From positions 1 through 38,830 of the forward strand of contig LWCA01000231.1 of NCBI GenBank assembly GCA_001642005.1: 38,830 nt of DNA, written 5' to 3'. Of the stretch, positions 23,460 through 37,529 are shown piece by piece; the first letter of the stretch is position 1, and every line of letters starts with the position of its first letter. Origin of the DNA: Intoshia linei (Eukaryota > Animalia > Orthonectida). Position numbers and translations under genes: made by a program. The notes beneath the pieces are model-generated. The model made no database searches. It was not told the DNA's origin and saw only the letters and a list, made by a program, of their open reading frames with translations.

Positions 23460-24112
23460 AAACTAAATTTCGTTCTGCTCTTTTAAAATTTTTCCGAAAA
23501 TGTTGTACCGTGTTATGAAAGCAAACATAAATCGACATTTCAAAAAATTCATGAAAATTTGAGATTAGACGAATTCAATAAATTAAAAAATGGTTTAAAA
23601 AAAAGCAGGCTATTTTGTTCACGAATAGGGCTGCCAACTGCGTTATTTTCGCCCTGAGACTTGGGTTTTCAAATTCAACTCAGGGCTCAGAGTTAAGTGA
23701 TATTTCTCAGGCTAATTTAATTATTTCAATGAAAATCATCAGATCAGACATATTTTATTTATATTGAATGAATAAGCGACTGTATTTGATGTATAAGATG
23801 TGTAAACTGTTATTATTTTTTGAAAAAGAGACCCCCAAAATAAATTTAAATAACAAAAAAAATAACACGCTTCGCTCAAAAATTCGGGTTGAGAATAACT
23901 TAATGTCGGTAACCCTATTCACGAATAGGATGAGTACAGATAAAAATAATACTAATGCTAGTTATGTTATTTCAAAATTGATTGCTCAACGCATGAAACC
24001 GGTATCTGATGGAGAGTTTATTAAATATTACATAATGTCTGTAATTGACATAGTATGCCCTGGAAAAAAAATTTGTTTGCAAATATAAGCTTATCCAGAA
24101 GAACAGTAACTA
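23460..24112 (+). mobile_element. SPIN/GTF2IRD2-like hAT transposase relic
   Basis: NASYVISKLIAQRMKPVSDGEFIK..VCPGKK, then a frameshift to LFANISLSRRTVT. Confidence 0.8.
23626..23917. mobile_element. hAT MITE nested in the SPIN-like relic
   Basis: TIR TAGGGCTGCCAAC / GTCGGTAACCCTA; perfect 8-bp TSD TTCACGAA. Confidence 0.85.
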
Positions 24113-24662
24113 TTATAATTATTTATTATTTTATTTATTAGTAATTATTTTCATATTGGCAAAAATTGAAACTGTTTTATAGTAAATGTATAAATTCTAA
24201 TTTGCAATATTGATAGTTAATGTTATTGTACATATTTATTTACGTACATTAGGGTGTCACATTTTTTCGAAAATTTTAGAATTCGATGGGCAATTAGCAC
24301 TAAAAGTGTGTATTTTTAAAATAGAAAAACTAATTCGCAATCAAAAACATTTAACGCTATCTATTTGGAATTGAAATGAATGAATTGGCGTTTGAGCCTT
24401 TAAACGTGGTATCGACTTTATAATATTGTAAAAAATTTAAAAATGTTAATTGGCTATTTAGCCAGAATTCGAGAAATTAAATCGTTAATAAACTTTTTAG
24501 AATAAAATATGATCCACAGCCAAAAAAAGTTGAGAAACACTGATCTAGACATCTCTAGATTAGTCTAGACAGTGAGTCTAGACATGAATACAGGTTATTC
24601 AAGTACATAAATTTATTATACATTTTATTGTTAAGATTTACTATAATTTACAAATGAATCGC

Positions 24663-27600
24663 CTAAAATTTCGACAAATTGAAAGAAATTTGTCGAAATT
24701 TAAAAAAAACAGGACAATCTAACGAAATACATAGGGAATAATTGATATTAGATATGTTCTGTGTGCAATACTGGCAAATCTAAATAACTCGAATAAATAT
24801 TAAAGAAAAGTTTTAAAAATTAAATAGTCAATATGTTCAACATGAACACCTCAAATAATGAACATTTTTTATGTTAACATAATTTTCAAAATGATTTAAA
24901 GCATTTTAAAATAAAAAATCAACTTTAACATTTTAACTTCAATCGTTTTTTGTAGATTTTTTTCAGTGTTCACTTAACACGATAATATGAACAATAATAA
25001 AATTTGGTACCATCATGTTCATATTAAATAAGATTGACTGTGGTATTAACATATATAAGATTAACATCTGAGTTACACTCACTATCCAATATATTTTAAT
25101 TGCAAGATTACTTAGAATTCAATTGTAATAGTATACCTTTTTGACGTACTGCTGTTGATTAATTGTAAATTTCTTTTTTAACAGTATAGCTGTATTTGAT
25201 TCAATGGGACGATTTTCTTCACATTTCACGCAAATAAAATTTTTACAGACACCTCTACACAACAAACATTGATTAACATTCATGTAACGTTCTATGCTGT
25301 TCTACATTATTTATAAGTTAATTGCAAACAGCAAATTAAATTAGAGAAAAAAATTGTAAAATAAGTAGACTCTTTATTAAACAAGCTGGCTTGAGTAACG
25401 TTGAAATGTCCAAGTTACGTTCATCTCATTAAAAGAAATGATTTATTTATTCTACCAAATAAAATTTAGTCTAGACCAGTCGTTTTCAACCTATTTGTGT
25501 TAGCGACCCCCTTATAAACATAAAAAATTTTCGCGACCCAAAAATTTTCAGAATGTAAAAATATTTCCGTAACATTATTACTGTCAATAATATATTAAAA
25601 TAAGTAAATGTATTAATAAAATTTTCGAATTCTCACGGACCCCCCTGATAAATTTTTCGACCCCCTGGTTGAAAAGAACTGGTCTAGACCCTAGTCATAA
25701 TAGGGTAGATTAAAAAGTATTTGATTAATAATAATAAAAATTGGAAAACAATGTCATAATTAACATGACAAGGTCTATGCAAGATATTTGGGATCTATCA
25801 AAAAAATTGACATTATGCCGAGATCATTGGACCAAAAAATTTTTATTTTTATTCTATGATATCCAATATACATTTAATGTGTTTCGAAATTATTTTTTTA
25901 TAGCTCCATGAGATTTATATATAGAATACTGGGATTCTCGACAAAAACGTTCGCTAACCCCTGATGTACAGTGAAAACTATCAAAATGTTTCTAAAGTAG
26001 CATAAATTGAACTTTTAAATTATTCTGATATTTGATTTTAATTTCTCGTCTGAAATTGGTTGATAAATACAGTACATATAATTTTAAACATATTAATATT
26101 ATTTATATATAAAATCTGTCCACTCGTAGTTACGAGTACATGATAAATTATTAACTGCGCAAATTCCATATGTAAATAAATTTTGTTGACACAATTTAAT
26201 AAAAGTACAGAAACGTCTTAATAAAATGTATAATCAGAATAAAATACATTACGCATAATACCTCATTTTGTCAAAACGCCATTAATATTTTTTGTTTTAA
26301 TAAAATATTTCGGAAAAAAAATATATGAATACTAAAATTTTTTTTGACCGTGAAGTCATCATTTATTCGGATTGAAATTTTTTGTGTGTGTTAACAGAAT
26401 ACAACCGTACAAACTGTATTTTTTTTAAATTCTAGGGCTATTTTCATTAAAAAAAAAAGGTAATTTGGTGTTTTGACCCTGAAAATATATTTTTTTAAAT
26501 TCTCGAATTCGTTTCATTTTGAAAAAAAAACAATTGGGTTTTTTAACCCGTAAGATGTGAGTTTGAGAGGTTGAAATTTATTTTGATAACACCCCCGGAA
26601 AAAACTGTTTTCTTAACAGTAATTTATAATTTAGACAAAAAAAATTTGATGATTACCCGGGTTTTGAAAAGATTTCAAAACCTGATACCTAAAACGGGGT
26701 TATACTATATTAGAAATATAAAATAGAATAATCAAATAACCTTAGAATAGTTTGTGTACATTTTTTGAGGTCGTTGTATAGTATTTAAAAGTAAATTTAT
26801 ATTAATATCAACAAATGAAAAACAACGATGAAGAGCCGGTAGAACGTGTCGTAGTACATAATAATTTACATTGAGTGATTCACCACTTTCCAACAAGTCC
26901 AATGGATCGCGTACAAGTGAAATTAATGTATCTGTAGAAAGTCCAGACATAATCACATAGGGAACTCTCCAATTATTAGGTGTAAAGTCATTGCAATCCT
27001 TTTCTAATTTTTTTCTAAAATTTTCACGTTTAAATTAAAAGCAATTATCAACATGAAAGCTAAAGCATGGTTCTCATATTATATCAATTTTATAAACTTT
27101 AAAATTCACAAAAAAGTAACTTGCAACAAATAATAAATGGATATTGTTATCAATTTAATGTAACGACAACAGTAACCAATAATTAAATTTAAATAATTAA
27201 AATTTAAATCATAGTATCTACAATTCGCCAACCCTCTATAATGCGATCATCTTCATAGATTAAAAAAAAGTACATTTTACTAGTGGGATGAATAATTGTC
27301 TAATTCCAGTTTCGATGGTTATCGTTTATATATTTCGCCCGTATTATGTAAAATCTCTCATAAATAATTAATAATTTAAACTTCAAGATTGGCGAATTAG
27401 AGAGATAAAGAATATTGTACTTGACAATTTTTAAAGACGGAACACAAGAAAATTTGCGATAACTATTGCGTCCTCGAAATTCTTTTGCAAATATAAAATA
27501 TTCTAATCCAATGCGTCCATAATATATTCTTTTTATTTGCTTCTTTATATAACTACGCAATTCCATTATTTCAAAAGGATGCTTGAAAAGATATTTTAAA

Positions 27601-30600
27601 CTTTTCTCAAGTATCTACATTAAAATAAATTAAGAATTCTGAATTAAGAATTAAAAAATAAATTTAGATTCTAATAAAAAAATAATGTCATCATTTTCTT
27701 ACATTACAAATAAGCTAGGAAATTAATTATACCTGTGAAACAACCAAGCAAGAATCTCTTCGAATAGTTTCAATTCCTTTTGCTTCAAAACAATCTTGAC
27801 CATCTTCATTATAAATCAATCCAGCATATCGTTTCATAGTCAGTAAAAGGCAACATGTATACACCTAATTTATTTATTAATTAAACTTTATAATTCAATT
27901 AGAGTAAAAATAGACATGTTTTTGTATTTTAAGAAAAGGGTTAACTGTTTTAATCTTTTATTCATTATGTAATTAAATTTTTAAATCAATAATAAACCTT
28001 TTCAAATTTCAATTTAATTGGCGCAGGAAATAAATTGGATATAGATTTAACAATTTCTTGACCAATCTCTTCTGCTTCCACGCATGTTTTTCCTGGAAAC
28101 TCCAAAAACACACTAAATTAAATTTTTTTACATGACTTTCAAACGCGTCCCAGAATTTTTTTAATATATATTTTTTTAATTTTATGGCTGATTTTATTTT
28201 TAAAATAAAATGAAGTTTCAATAATTATTGTTAAATTATAATTCCATTTTGGAGGAGGATCAACATTATCCGATTTAAAAATTTTTTAATAAAAAAGTCG
28301 ATACCCTAGTCGAGTGATTCTTAACCGGTGCACCGTAAAGAAATCTGACTTTATTTTATAAACTTTTAAAATTTAGTGTCAAACTTTTAGATTAATAAAT
28401 CTTTGATAAAAATTTTGGGATTTTCTATATTAATATATTTTAATATAACTTATACATTAAATACTATGGTGAAACCCAAAAATATCAAAATTTCATCATA
28501 CATAATTTTCTTTATTCCATTTAAGTCACCAAATAAAAAGTATTTTTGTATTTTTGCAGTATTATAATTTTATATTTTTATCGTTTTTAGTCTTTGCACA
28601 TTTTCGAATATCGATGTTTTTTTTCTTATCAAAATTTGAAGTGCGCCCTGACTTAAAAAAGGTTAAAAAACACTCCTTAGTCTGTTGTAAAATGTAAATT
28701 GTTAAAAAGTACAAACCTATCCGTATCTCCATAAACAACCTTCGCGTTCCACTTTCCTGATTCCTAATAAAAGTAATGTACACATTTAAATCTAATCAAA
28801 GCCTAAATAATGTACAATATTTTCTCTATAACTTGCCATTCTTGGGATTTAGAAAAAGTTGTCAAAATAGGGAATTTGGCGAGATAGAGAATTTAAGATT
28901 ATATAAACAGCAGATAAAACTTTTAAATTAAAGGCTAAATTGCAATAAAATGTAAATTGTTATAAAAATTGTAAAATTTAATACAAAATAACTTAACTTA
29001 TTGTGAAAAATGGTTTTAAAACTTTAAGTTTATATTTTAAATTAATGGCGAGTTATAGAGTTGGCGAGTTGTGGAGAGAATCCATCCTAACTTATATAAT
29101 ATGCTACGCGATTTTTGTTTGTGTGTGTATTCAGCTTTATTTAAATAACTACCCGTCTTAGAATTTTATAAAGTCCACATTTCAATTACTATTTTAGTCG
29201 GGAGTGTTCGCAAACATAATTTCAACCTACGTAACTCACCTCTTTTTGAAAATCAAACGAGTTGGAGAATTTAAAAAAATGCTGATACGGATTTTAAAAT
29301 CATAAACATAACCATAAATTAAAATTTAAAAAAATTATATCTTCAAGGCCAAAACCCCAAAGTACCCTTATTTTTTTAATGAAAACAGCCCTAAAATTTA
29401 AAAAAATTTAGAGGTTGTACAGTTTTATCCTGTTAACACATTATCATCTTAAAATAAACATATGTAATAATGTAATATATTATAGTGAATATACCCGATA
29501 AACTTTAACCCGTATAGGAGACTGAATCAAAGCTTACTAATCTCCAATCTACGAAAATAAAGATAGGACCTAAAGTTTTTTTTTACATGATGCGTAGTGG
29601 CATATAGCCCTAGTCACTTCTCCAAGGCTCTTGAGTTGACATTTTAAATTTAACACACGAAATAGTTATAATCACAATTTTTTTAATCCTTTAATTTGAA
29701 AAATGAAGCCATCATTTTACAAAAATTGCGTCGCGATCAAAGGGGAATCACGAGTACGGTAGATACACTGATCTGAATGGTATATAAAAGGGTGGTCCAA
29801 ATATATGGCGGGTGAGAGCCAAAAAATCAATTTGACATGCTGCGAGCCCCAACATTTAAAAAATATAGTCCAAAGGAAAGTATAAGACCAAAAAGTCAAA
29901 ATTTTACAGATTAATCATAAAACGACTACTAGTATCATGATATACGGTCAGTGGTCCATTCTTTGGACCACTCTGGTATATAAAATAATAATTATAATAG
30001 AAAATGGATAAAATATATTTTTATATACTAAACCTCAATTTTCCGAATAGTAATTTCTAAAATTTCACGTCCTTGACTTATAACGGCTTCTGCAATCTTG
30101 AAATATTATAGAATGAATTAGTAAATAATAATACATCAACGCATGGCATTCGCCCAGAAAAACTTGCTGCAGTATAGCCATATGTAGTATTTGCTATCAT
30201 CTTTAATGCACGTTGTATTGAATCCAATAAATCAATTAATTTCTAAAAAAATATATAAAAAGTAAGGTGTAATTTTACTGAAGATTCTATTAGTAATATA
30301 CGACCAATTCAAGTTTAAACTTTAAAACGTAAATAAATTAACATAATGAAATATAGATTAAAACTCTACCTTCGAAGTATGCATTTTCATTGATTCTTTA
30401 ACCATAATACGAGTTGAGATTAGTTGCTCCAACATCCTATGAGACAATAAGATATATTTTAAGTAATATATAAAATGAAAAGATTGACTATTCAATGGTT
30501 GATTGAATAACTTAAATTATTATCAACTTTACTTGGGTAATAGGCCTGCTCTCACATTTTTTGAGACAAAACCAACTCTATTTGGTGCAAAATATAAATC

Positions 30601-33600
30601 AGTTGCATCCTAAAAAGATTAAAATGGAAACTGAAATTATAAGTGTACCTTTAACCAAGAAAAGTCAAATTTATACTTTCCGCTGCCAAACTTGCATATC
30701 TGGCTAGATTAAATAATTGAAAAAAGTAAATAGATACAAATTTTGTATAATTTTTAAAATTACTTTGAAAATAAATTTTTAAATTTTCCGATACATGTGG
30801 AATAACATATGTTGTATGCGATTATGATGCTTGGATAAAGACTTTGATAATCCAAAACAATGACCGGATTCGTGTAAAATCCACTAAATGGCTGCAAAGT
30901 CAAAGGTATATGACTTAATGGGTCTGAACCTATAATATCTTTACCGGACGGAGATAAACAAAAATAATTATCCTTCTTGCATAGTCGTTGCAGATAAGAT
31001 TCACATCGATACTAATTAAAAATATACTGCGTATTTTAGTTCACCAAATATATAATTATTAATTACAGACAATGTAAATACAATGTCATTGATTTTATAG
31101 TTAACACCATGCGGATGAAAATAGGCTTTATCCGACTACACCATGGGTTTTAATTTTTACCACTGACTGGTCATTTTAAATCATAAAATTTTCGTGAACC
31201 ACCTAAAATCTAATCAATATGAAAAACTACCAAAATATTACTTCTCAATTACATTAAATAAAATAGATAGCTATTAACTAAAAATTACCATTGAACCTCT
31301 TAATAAGACATTTTCGAATTCAATCCCAGAAATACTAGCTAAGTTTGATATTTTTTGAATGAGATCCGTCTTTAGACATATCTTCACATTACCACATATT
31401 CTCATTTTGTAATATTCAAGTGTATCGTACCTAATCAAGTACATTTCAGATAAACATAATACGGCGATTTCACCGTTACATTTAGGTCAAAGCAGTGATT
31501 CATGAATCATTTTTTTTAAATATATTAATACATGTAAAATAAATAAAATTAAAATAATAGCGTTAATACAATCATTGATTGTATAAAGTAATTTAGTTAA
31601 AAATCTATGTCCGTCTGTTTGCCTGTAACCATTTCATTTATTTCATAATGTAAGAGCGTACAGTGTAAGCAAATTAATTTAAAGTAGCTTTAAAAACATG
31701 AATTTCTTAAAAATTTTTAGAAATGGAGTCCTTCATTTCAAAAACCCAAGATTTCCTTTTTTTACAAATAAAATGAGTCATTGAAGTTTAAAAACATAAA
31801 TTCTGACATAGTTTTTATAATCACGAGCATTATCATTAATCTCAACCTCAACATCTTGCATTTCCATCATCAAAACTCCAGATTAGCTTTTTTTCAAAAA
31901 TAAAAGAATGTAGAATTCTTTTTTATAAGAGAATTTTTAATATTTATTACATAGTTGCCAGATGTTGGGAATTTACCCTAAAACCTAGACGACCGCTACA
32001 TTATTATTTCAAAAATTCCACTTTTATACCACCATTAATAAAATTTAATAAAAAATACCATTTCAAACCTTCATGGAAAAATCGATTTTATTCCAATATA
32101 TTTTTGAAAAATACAATTTTACCAAATTTTGTAAAAAAAATGAACTTATTCAAACCATTAAATAAAAAATCCAATTTTATCAACCCTTAATGGAAATATC
32201 CTCTTTTTCCAATATCTTTTTAAAAAACACGATTTTATTAACGCTTAATGTAAATATCCCCTTTTTCCAATATTTTTTTGAAAAACACAATTTTACCAAC
32301 GCTTAAGAGCAAAATCCAATTTTACCATCTCTTAACGGAAAAATCCTCTTTTTCCAATATTTTTTTGATAAAACACAATTTTACCGAATTTTAAGAGAAA
32401 AACCTTTAATTTTTTGATAAATATTTTATATTTCAATTTAAAAAATAAGATCAAAAAAAATAAAAATATTTTGATATAGTGTCTAAATTAAAATACAACC
32501 TCCGTATACTATTTGAATCAGGAATCACTGCGTTAACGAAATTTATGACAAAAGAAAAAAATATTTACTACAAATATTTACAATTTCATTATTTGTAGAA
32601 TTCACGTTATTTATGACAATTGTTAAAGGCATAACTATAATTGCATTGTTTTTACTTTATTTTTAAGATTATAAAAATTTTCTATTATCAATTAAAATAT
32701 TTAGTTTTAAAACTAAAAATTCTACCTAGCTACTATTTGGAATTGGTATTTGGCTGAAATGGTTCCCAATAACCCCAAGAAATTAAATTATCAGTTTTAT
32801 CATTAATGCTCCTATAAATCTCATTACTATAAAAAACAGAATTTAATAAAAATAAAAAGTTTTCACTAAAATCCACAACTCAAAGCCCAAGTTAAAATCG
32901 GTGATTTAGAATCTAAATTTTAGATTACATTTAAATAATACATATTTTTGGGAGATTTGATAAAATTTGAAGCAAGAGTAGAGTAAGAATAAAAAGATAT
33001 TCGTTTTTTAAATAAGTGATGAACCACATTTTCAAATGTATAAGATCCAAGAGTTAACTAAAAATAAAAATTTAATGTCTAAATTTGTAACTTTAATTTT
33101 GTTAATACACATTGAATTTTCTTGTACCAGTTTGTACAATGTAAAATTTTACACAATCATAAAAACATACAAATTATATGTAAGTAAAAATTACATTGTT
33201 CTGTAAATGACGCCACAAATTCATAACAAATCTTCCGAGTATTCTATACTTATTATAGCTTCCAACAAAATGTTCTTCATCATCTGAATGTGAAATAAAA
33301 AATTATAAATCTCAAAATATACCGGTAATTCGTGAAATTTTTTTACAAAATTCAATACCAACATATTCACACCGATGAATTAAATAGTGTAAAGATTGTT
33401 TTTCAACCAAATATGTCAAAAGTATATCAGGATTTAATCTAAACAATTAATATTAAAAATTCCCATAATCAACAAAAATAAAACAAAAAAAACGAAACAA
33501 AAAATATAACTGATCAAAAATAAGTTACCTATTAACATGTTGAATAAATTCAAAAAGCACATCAATTTCATTCTTATAATAAAAAACGGAACAATTATTT

Positions 33601-36600
33601 TCCAAATTATCAACATTTGAGTCCTTCTTCAAAACAAACTTTAACAAATCCTGATTAAAATCAAGAGTATTTATAAAAAAATCTGTAAAAATAGCACCAT
33701 CTACATTTTTATCCTTGCATTGAGATTCATCATCATGATCAAAATATATAATGGATTTTACAAACGTACAAGCAATTAAAATGATTTCATCACTAACAAA
33801 AAATATAAAAAAATATAAACTAAAAAAAATAATATATAAAAAATTACCATTTATAATTTGGACAAAAGCCTACCTTACATTGAGTTAAAATTTCAAAACT
33901 CAAAATACTAAGATTATTAAATGTCAAATTTGATAGAGGAGACAACAATTTAGTATTTGTTTCGGTGTAACTTTGTTCAAAAACATTTTTGAAACTATTT
34001 TCAGCAAAACCTAAAGTCATGTCTGCCATTTTAACATTTGGATGCGAACGTTCACTGTTTTGTGATCGTTGCAGCAATAACTCAGATTTAGATGGAGGTA
34101 AAATGGATGGTGTAAAATGTATCAAATTTGAACGGACATCAGATTCAAAGATATCAGAAGCTTTGAACTCTGTTTTTATACTTTCAAGTTGAGCTTTAAC
34201 ATTGCCACTAAATGAAGATTCTATTTCGTACATTGTTGTGTTAAAATCATTTTGGTCGTTTTCATCATCTTGATAAGAAATTACATTTTCAGTGTCCGAA
34301 TTAGTACAATCCGTATTTTTTTCAATTTCTTGTATTAATCTAGTCAAATTACAGTCTTGAGAATTATTAAACGACAATATCGATGTTTCAGTGCCAACAG
34401 ATTCAGAATCCGAGGTTTCTAGAATTTGATTTTTAAATATAAGAGACAATTGATTTTGCATTTTAAAACTTGATATCAATGATGGATCGAAATTTCTGAT
34501 TGTGTTTGTAAACAATTTATCAATTTGAGGAGGTTTCATTTTTTGAGAAATTCTGCGTAATTTTTCAGCATCCCATATTGAATCAAAGTATTCACCTTCA
34601 AATCCCAAAATATCTGAAACTTTAATATCGTATTCCAATATATTATTTTCCCATTCCTTCTTTCTTGCATTTTGTACCTCTAACCATGTCATTCCTCTTA
34701 CTTTATTGTCAATCATAAATTGAAGACAGAATGGTATATGAGTTTCAAATAATTTATAATTTTCAGGAATCATTTCACTTTTAGATAAAACTATATTTAT
34801 TAATTTCACATCTGATGGATCTTTGAAACACAGTTTTAAAAACAAATCGTTTTTATTGCTGTACCCATATATATTTTTTCCTTCAACGCATTGGATCGAA
34901 AATAAACTAATCAATTGTAATTTTTTACGATATCCTGATTTTTCTAAAAATTTTTTATTAAGAATTTAAAGTAGTCACCTTTTAAACCCATTTATAAGGA
35001 ATTTAGGTTATTTTTCTATCAAACTTTTAAACTGGTTTTATGGTGTTATATTATTATTTAAAAAAACTAATTTGTTAGATTGGTCAAAAATGGCCCTTAA
35101 AAATCATATATAATGTTTGTTAAAAGATGTCAAGCCAATTTAGTGGTAAATTACCACTGGTAATTCTTTTAGGGGTAATAAAAAATATTCCTGAACTATT
35201 TAAACTAAACTATAACTAAAGACATAAAATTGAGGTGGAAAAAAAGTTTAAAATAATTAATTAATAAATAATTTACCCATTTCTTCTCTTCTTACATGAT
35301 ACAACCCTTCATTTAAATTTTTCAATAGTTTATTGATATATTTTTCATTACATTTTCTATCTTTCAAAATCAAATCATTCAATAAATCACCTTCGCATAA
35401 CAAATAACAATATGGATAACTGTTGTGTATATTTATGCACACTTTTTCATCTAACAATATAATTAAATGAAAATTAAATAAAAAATGAGATATAGTTTCA
35501 ATATTATGGTCCCTGGCTATTAATTAACCTCAAAAAGTATTTTATAGTATTAGGTATTATTTTGATGAATAATCCTAGATTATTCATATAAACGACACTT
35601 TCAACACAATAATTGAAATCTTAACTTGTATCAAAATAAATGTCTGTCTGTCTGTGTGTCTATGTGTATGTGTTACCGTTTTATTAAAAAATTAATAATC
35701 TTAATATTTAAAAAATCTCATCATCTAATACAGTTTTTCGAAATTTATGTTTTATCGCAAATTTCAATATCAAAATCTTACATCTTCATGGCTAAAATCA
35801 CAAATTAACCTTTTTTGTAAAAATGAAAAAACTCGTATAACGTTATACAACAGTGATGGCAAATTACGTGTTTACGTATAAAAATACACATTTGACATTT
35901 TTTTTTGACACACTTGAAAAAATATATAAGTTGACTTTAAATAAAAAATATTACTAAAATAATTAACGATATTTTAATACATCTAAAATTATCTATAAAA
36001 TTCAAAGATTTATGGTCAATTTTTAAAATTTCGTGGGTCATCCTCTAGTTAAATTTCATTGCATTATACACCAAGAAGTACTCTGCTCTATAACAGCTCT
36101 GAGTCAATTAAATATGGTTGTTATCACTGTAACGATAATCATTAATTACATCCAAGCACGCGCCTTATACAAAACAGAATTCACTTTGATGTTAAAAGAA
36201 GTAGAATCAAGTTGAAATGGACTGCTTATGTACACCAATATCAAAGGCTCAGTAGAGGTAAAGTTCTTGAGCGCTTTGGGAAATGCTAATCAGAAATTAA
36301 AACATTTTTAAAATATAAAGATAACTCTCAATTAGATAATAACGATTGGATTGTTAGTCTTATGTTTTTTACTAACCTTTCCTTGCATTTAAATGAACTT
36401 AAATTTCAAGGGTACGGGAAGACTTGTTGTAATGTTTAGTATTATTAAGGCATTTGACTGTAAACTATATATATTATATCGTGATATAGAAAATAAAGAT
36501 TACAAATATTTCCCTAAATGGAAAAAAATCATGATAGAATCAATTTTTTAAATGTAAATAAATGTAAAAATTATTTTTTTAACTCATTTTCCATCATCAA

Positions 36601-37178
36601 GTTGTTGGACTTAATTGACGGTTTTGATTGACCTAATATTTTTTTAATAAAAACACACTAGAAAAAAATTTCTGAAAATAGTATTTAATTTAACACATCT
36701 AGTTTTAGTTGGCTGCCATAACTGGTTTATCATCTCGCAAAAATAGAGTACTCCATGTCTTTTGACCATCATTCGTTTCACCCAAATGTAATGATTCATT
36801 AAAAATTGTCATTATTATTCATTTTTTTGGGGATCCACAGCGAAAAAGGGTTGAGAATGCCTGGTGTAGAGTATATTAATAAATTTATTATTATTTTAAT
36901 TTTTCTTCGATCACTAAAAAATGCAAATCACCATACTAGGAAACACTGATTTACAAGTAAATTAAAAATTTTCAAAAGTAAATATTATTATAGAAAATAC
37001 CTAAGCATGTAGAACCAAAAATTTTTATAATTGGAACATAAAGATTGGATTGTGGATTAAACACATTTCCACCTGGATCTTGAATAAAATTTTCATTGTC
37101 AAGGGTTCTATTAAATGAACAAATATATGGTTCTACGACAAAGACAGAAATAACAAGATTCTGATTCAAGACATTCAT
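24663..37178 (-). CDS. REV3L: DNA polymerase zeta catalytic subunit, ~21 exons, roughly 1250-1300 aa by manual exon summation
   Basis: N-terminal [43 protein letters not shown] and NPDILL..ISRI. Motif [25 protein letters not shown] (~30790-30870), motif [26 protein letters not shown] (~30140-30220) and motif [10 protein letters not shown] (~28717-28745). Also [32 protein letters not shown], CysA CLLC..CVKC (~25225-25270) and Cys[16 protein letters not shown], ending at TAG 24663-24665. Confidence 0.95.
25477..25681. mobile_element. hAT MITE, family A, in a REV3L intron
   Basis: TIR CAGTCGTTTTCAACC / GGTTGAAAAGAACTG; perfect TSD GTCTAGAC. Confidence 0.9.
29788..29975. mobile_element. hAT MITE in a REV3L intron
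   Basis: TIR AAGGGTGGTCCAAA / TTTGGACCACTCTG; perfect TSD GTATATAA. Confidence 0.85.
32075..32405. repeat. Degenerate minisatellite (~29-30 bp units forming ~58-bp dimers)
   Basis: Recurrent AAATCCTCTTTTTCCAATATTTTTTTGAAAAACACAATTTTACCAAC-like units; similar units in reverse complement occur inside the MITE at ~8780-8930. Confidence 0.6.
35851..36560 (+). mobile_element. SPIN/GTF2IRD2-like hAT transposase relic in REV3L intron 1
   Basis: [26 protein letters not shown], then [10 protein letters not shown] after a frameshift; terminus-like CAGTGATGGCAAA at 35851. Confidence 0.8.
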
Positions 37179-37529
37179 TTTTTTTGGTCAAATCATGAAT
37201 AATAAAGAGGTCATCATATTAAAATAGTATTTATCCTTACTTATATAACACTGTTTAATATTGCAAAAAGAAACTTAATGTAACATATATTAAAATAATA
37301 AGCTAATTTATGTGATTCTAACGATATACATATTTTTATAATTGAAGATCGAAAACGTGTGATATTTTAATTAGTAATTTTACTATTCTATCAAATTGTT
37401 ACCCACAAAAAAAACATAGTGACATGTCAAATAAAGTTTTTATTACATCTTTCAATTAATTAAAGCGATTAGTTAATTTTATAATTGCATTCTCACGAAA
37501 CATTTAAACAAGATTTAAACCAAGAATTA

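Noticed and set aside
23768-24088. 106-aa ORF as a gene
   Set aside because: It is a chimera of MITE sequence and a SPIN-like transposase relic.
32075-32405. CRISPR-like repeat array
   Set aside because: Degenerate tandem units without unique spacers, in a eukaryotic intron, with no cas genes.
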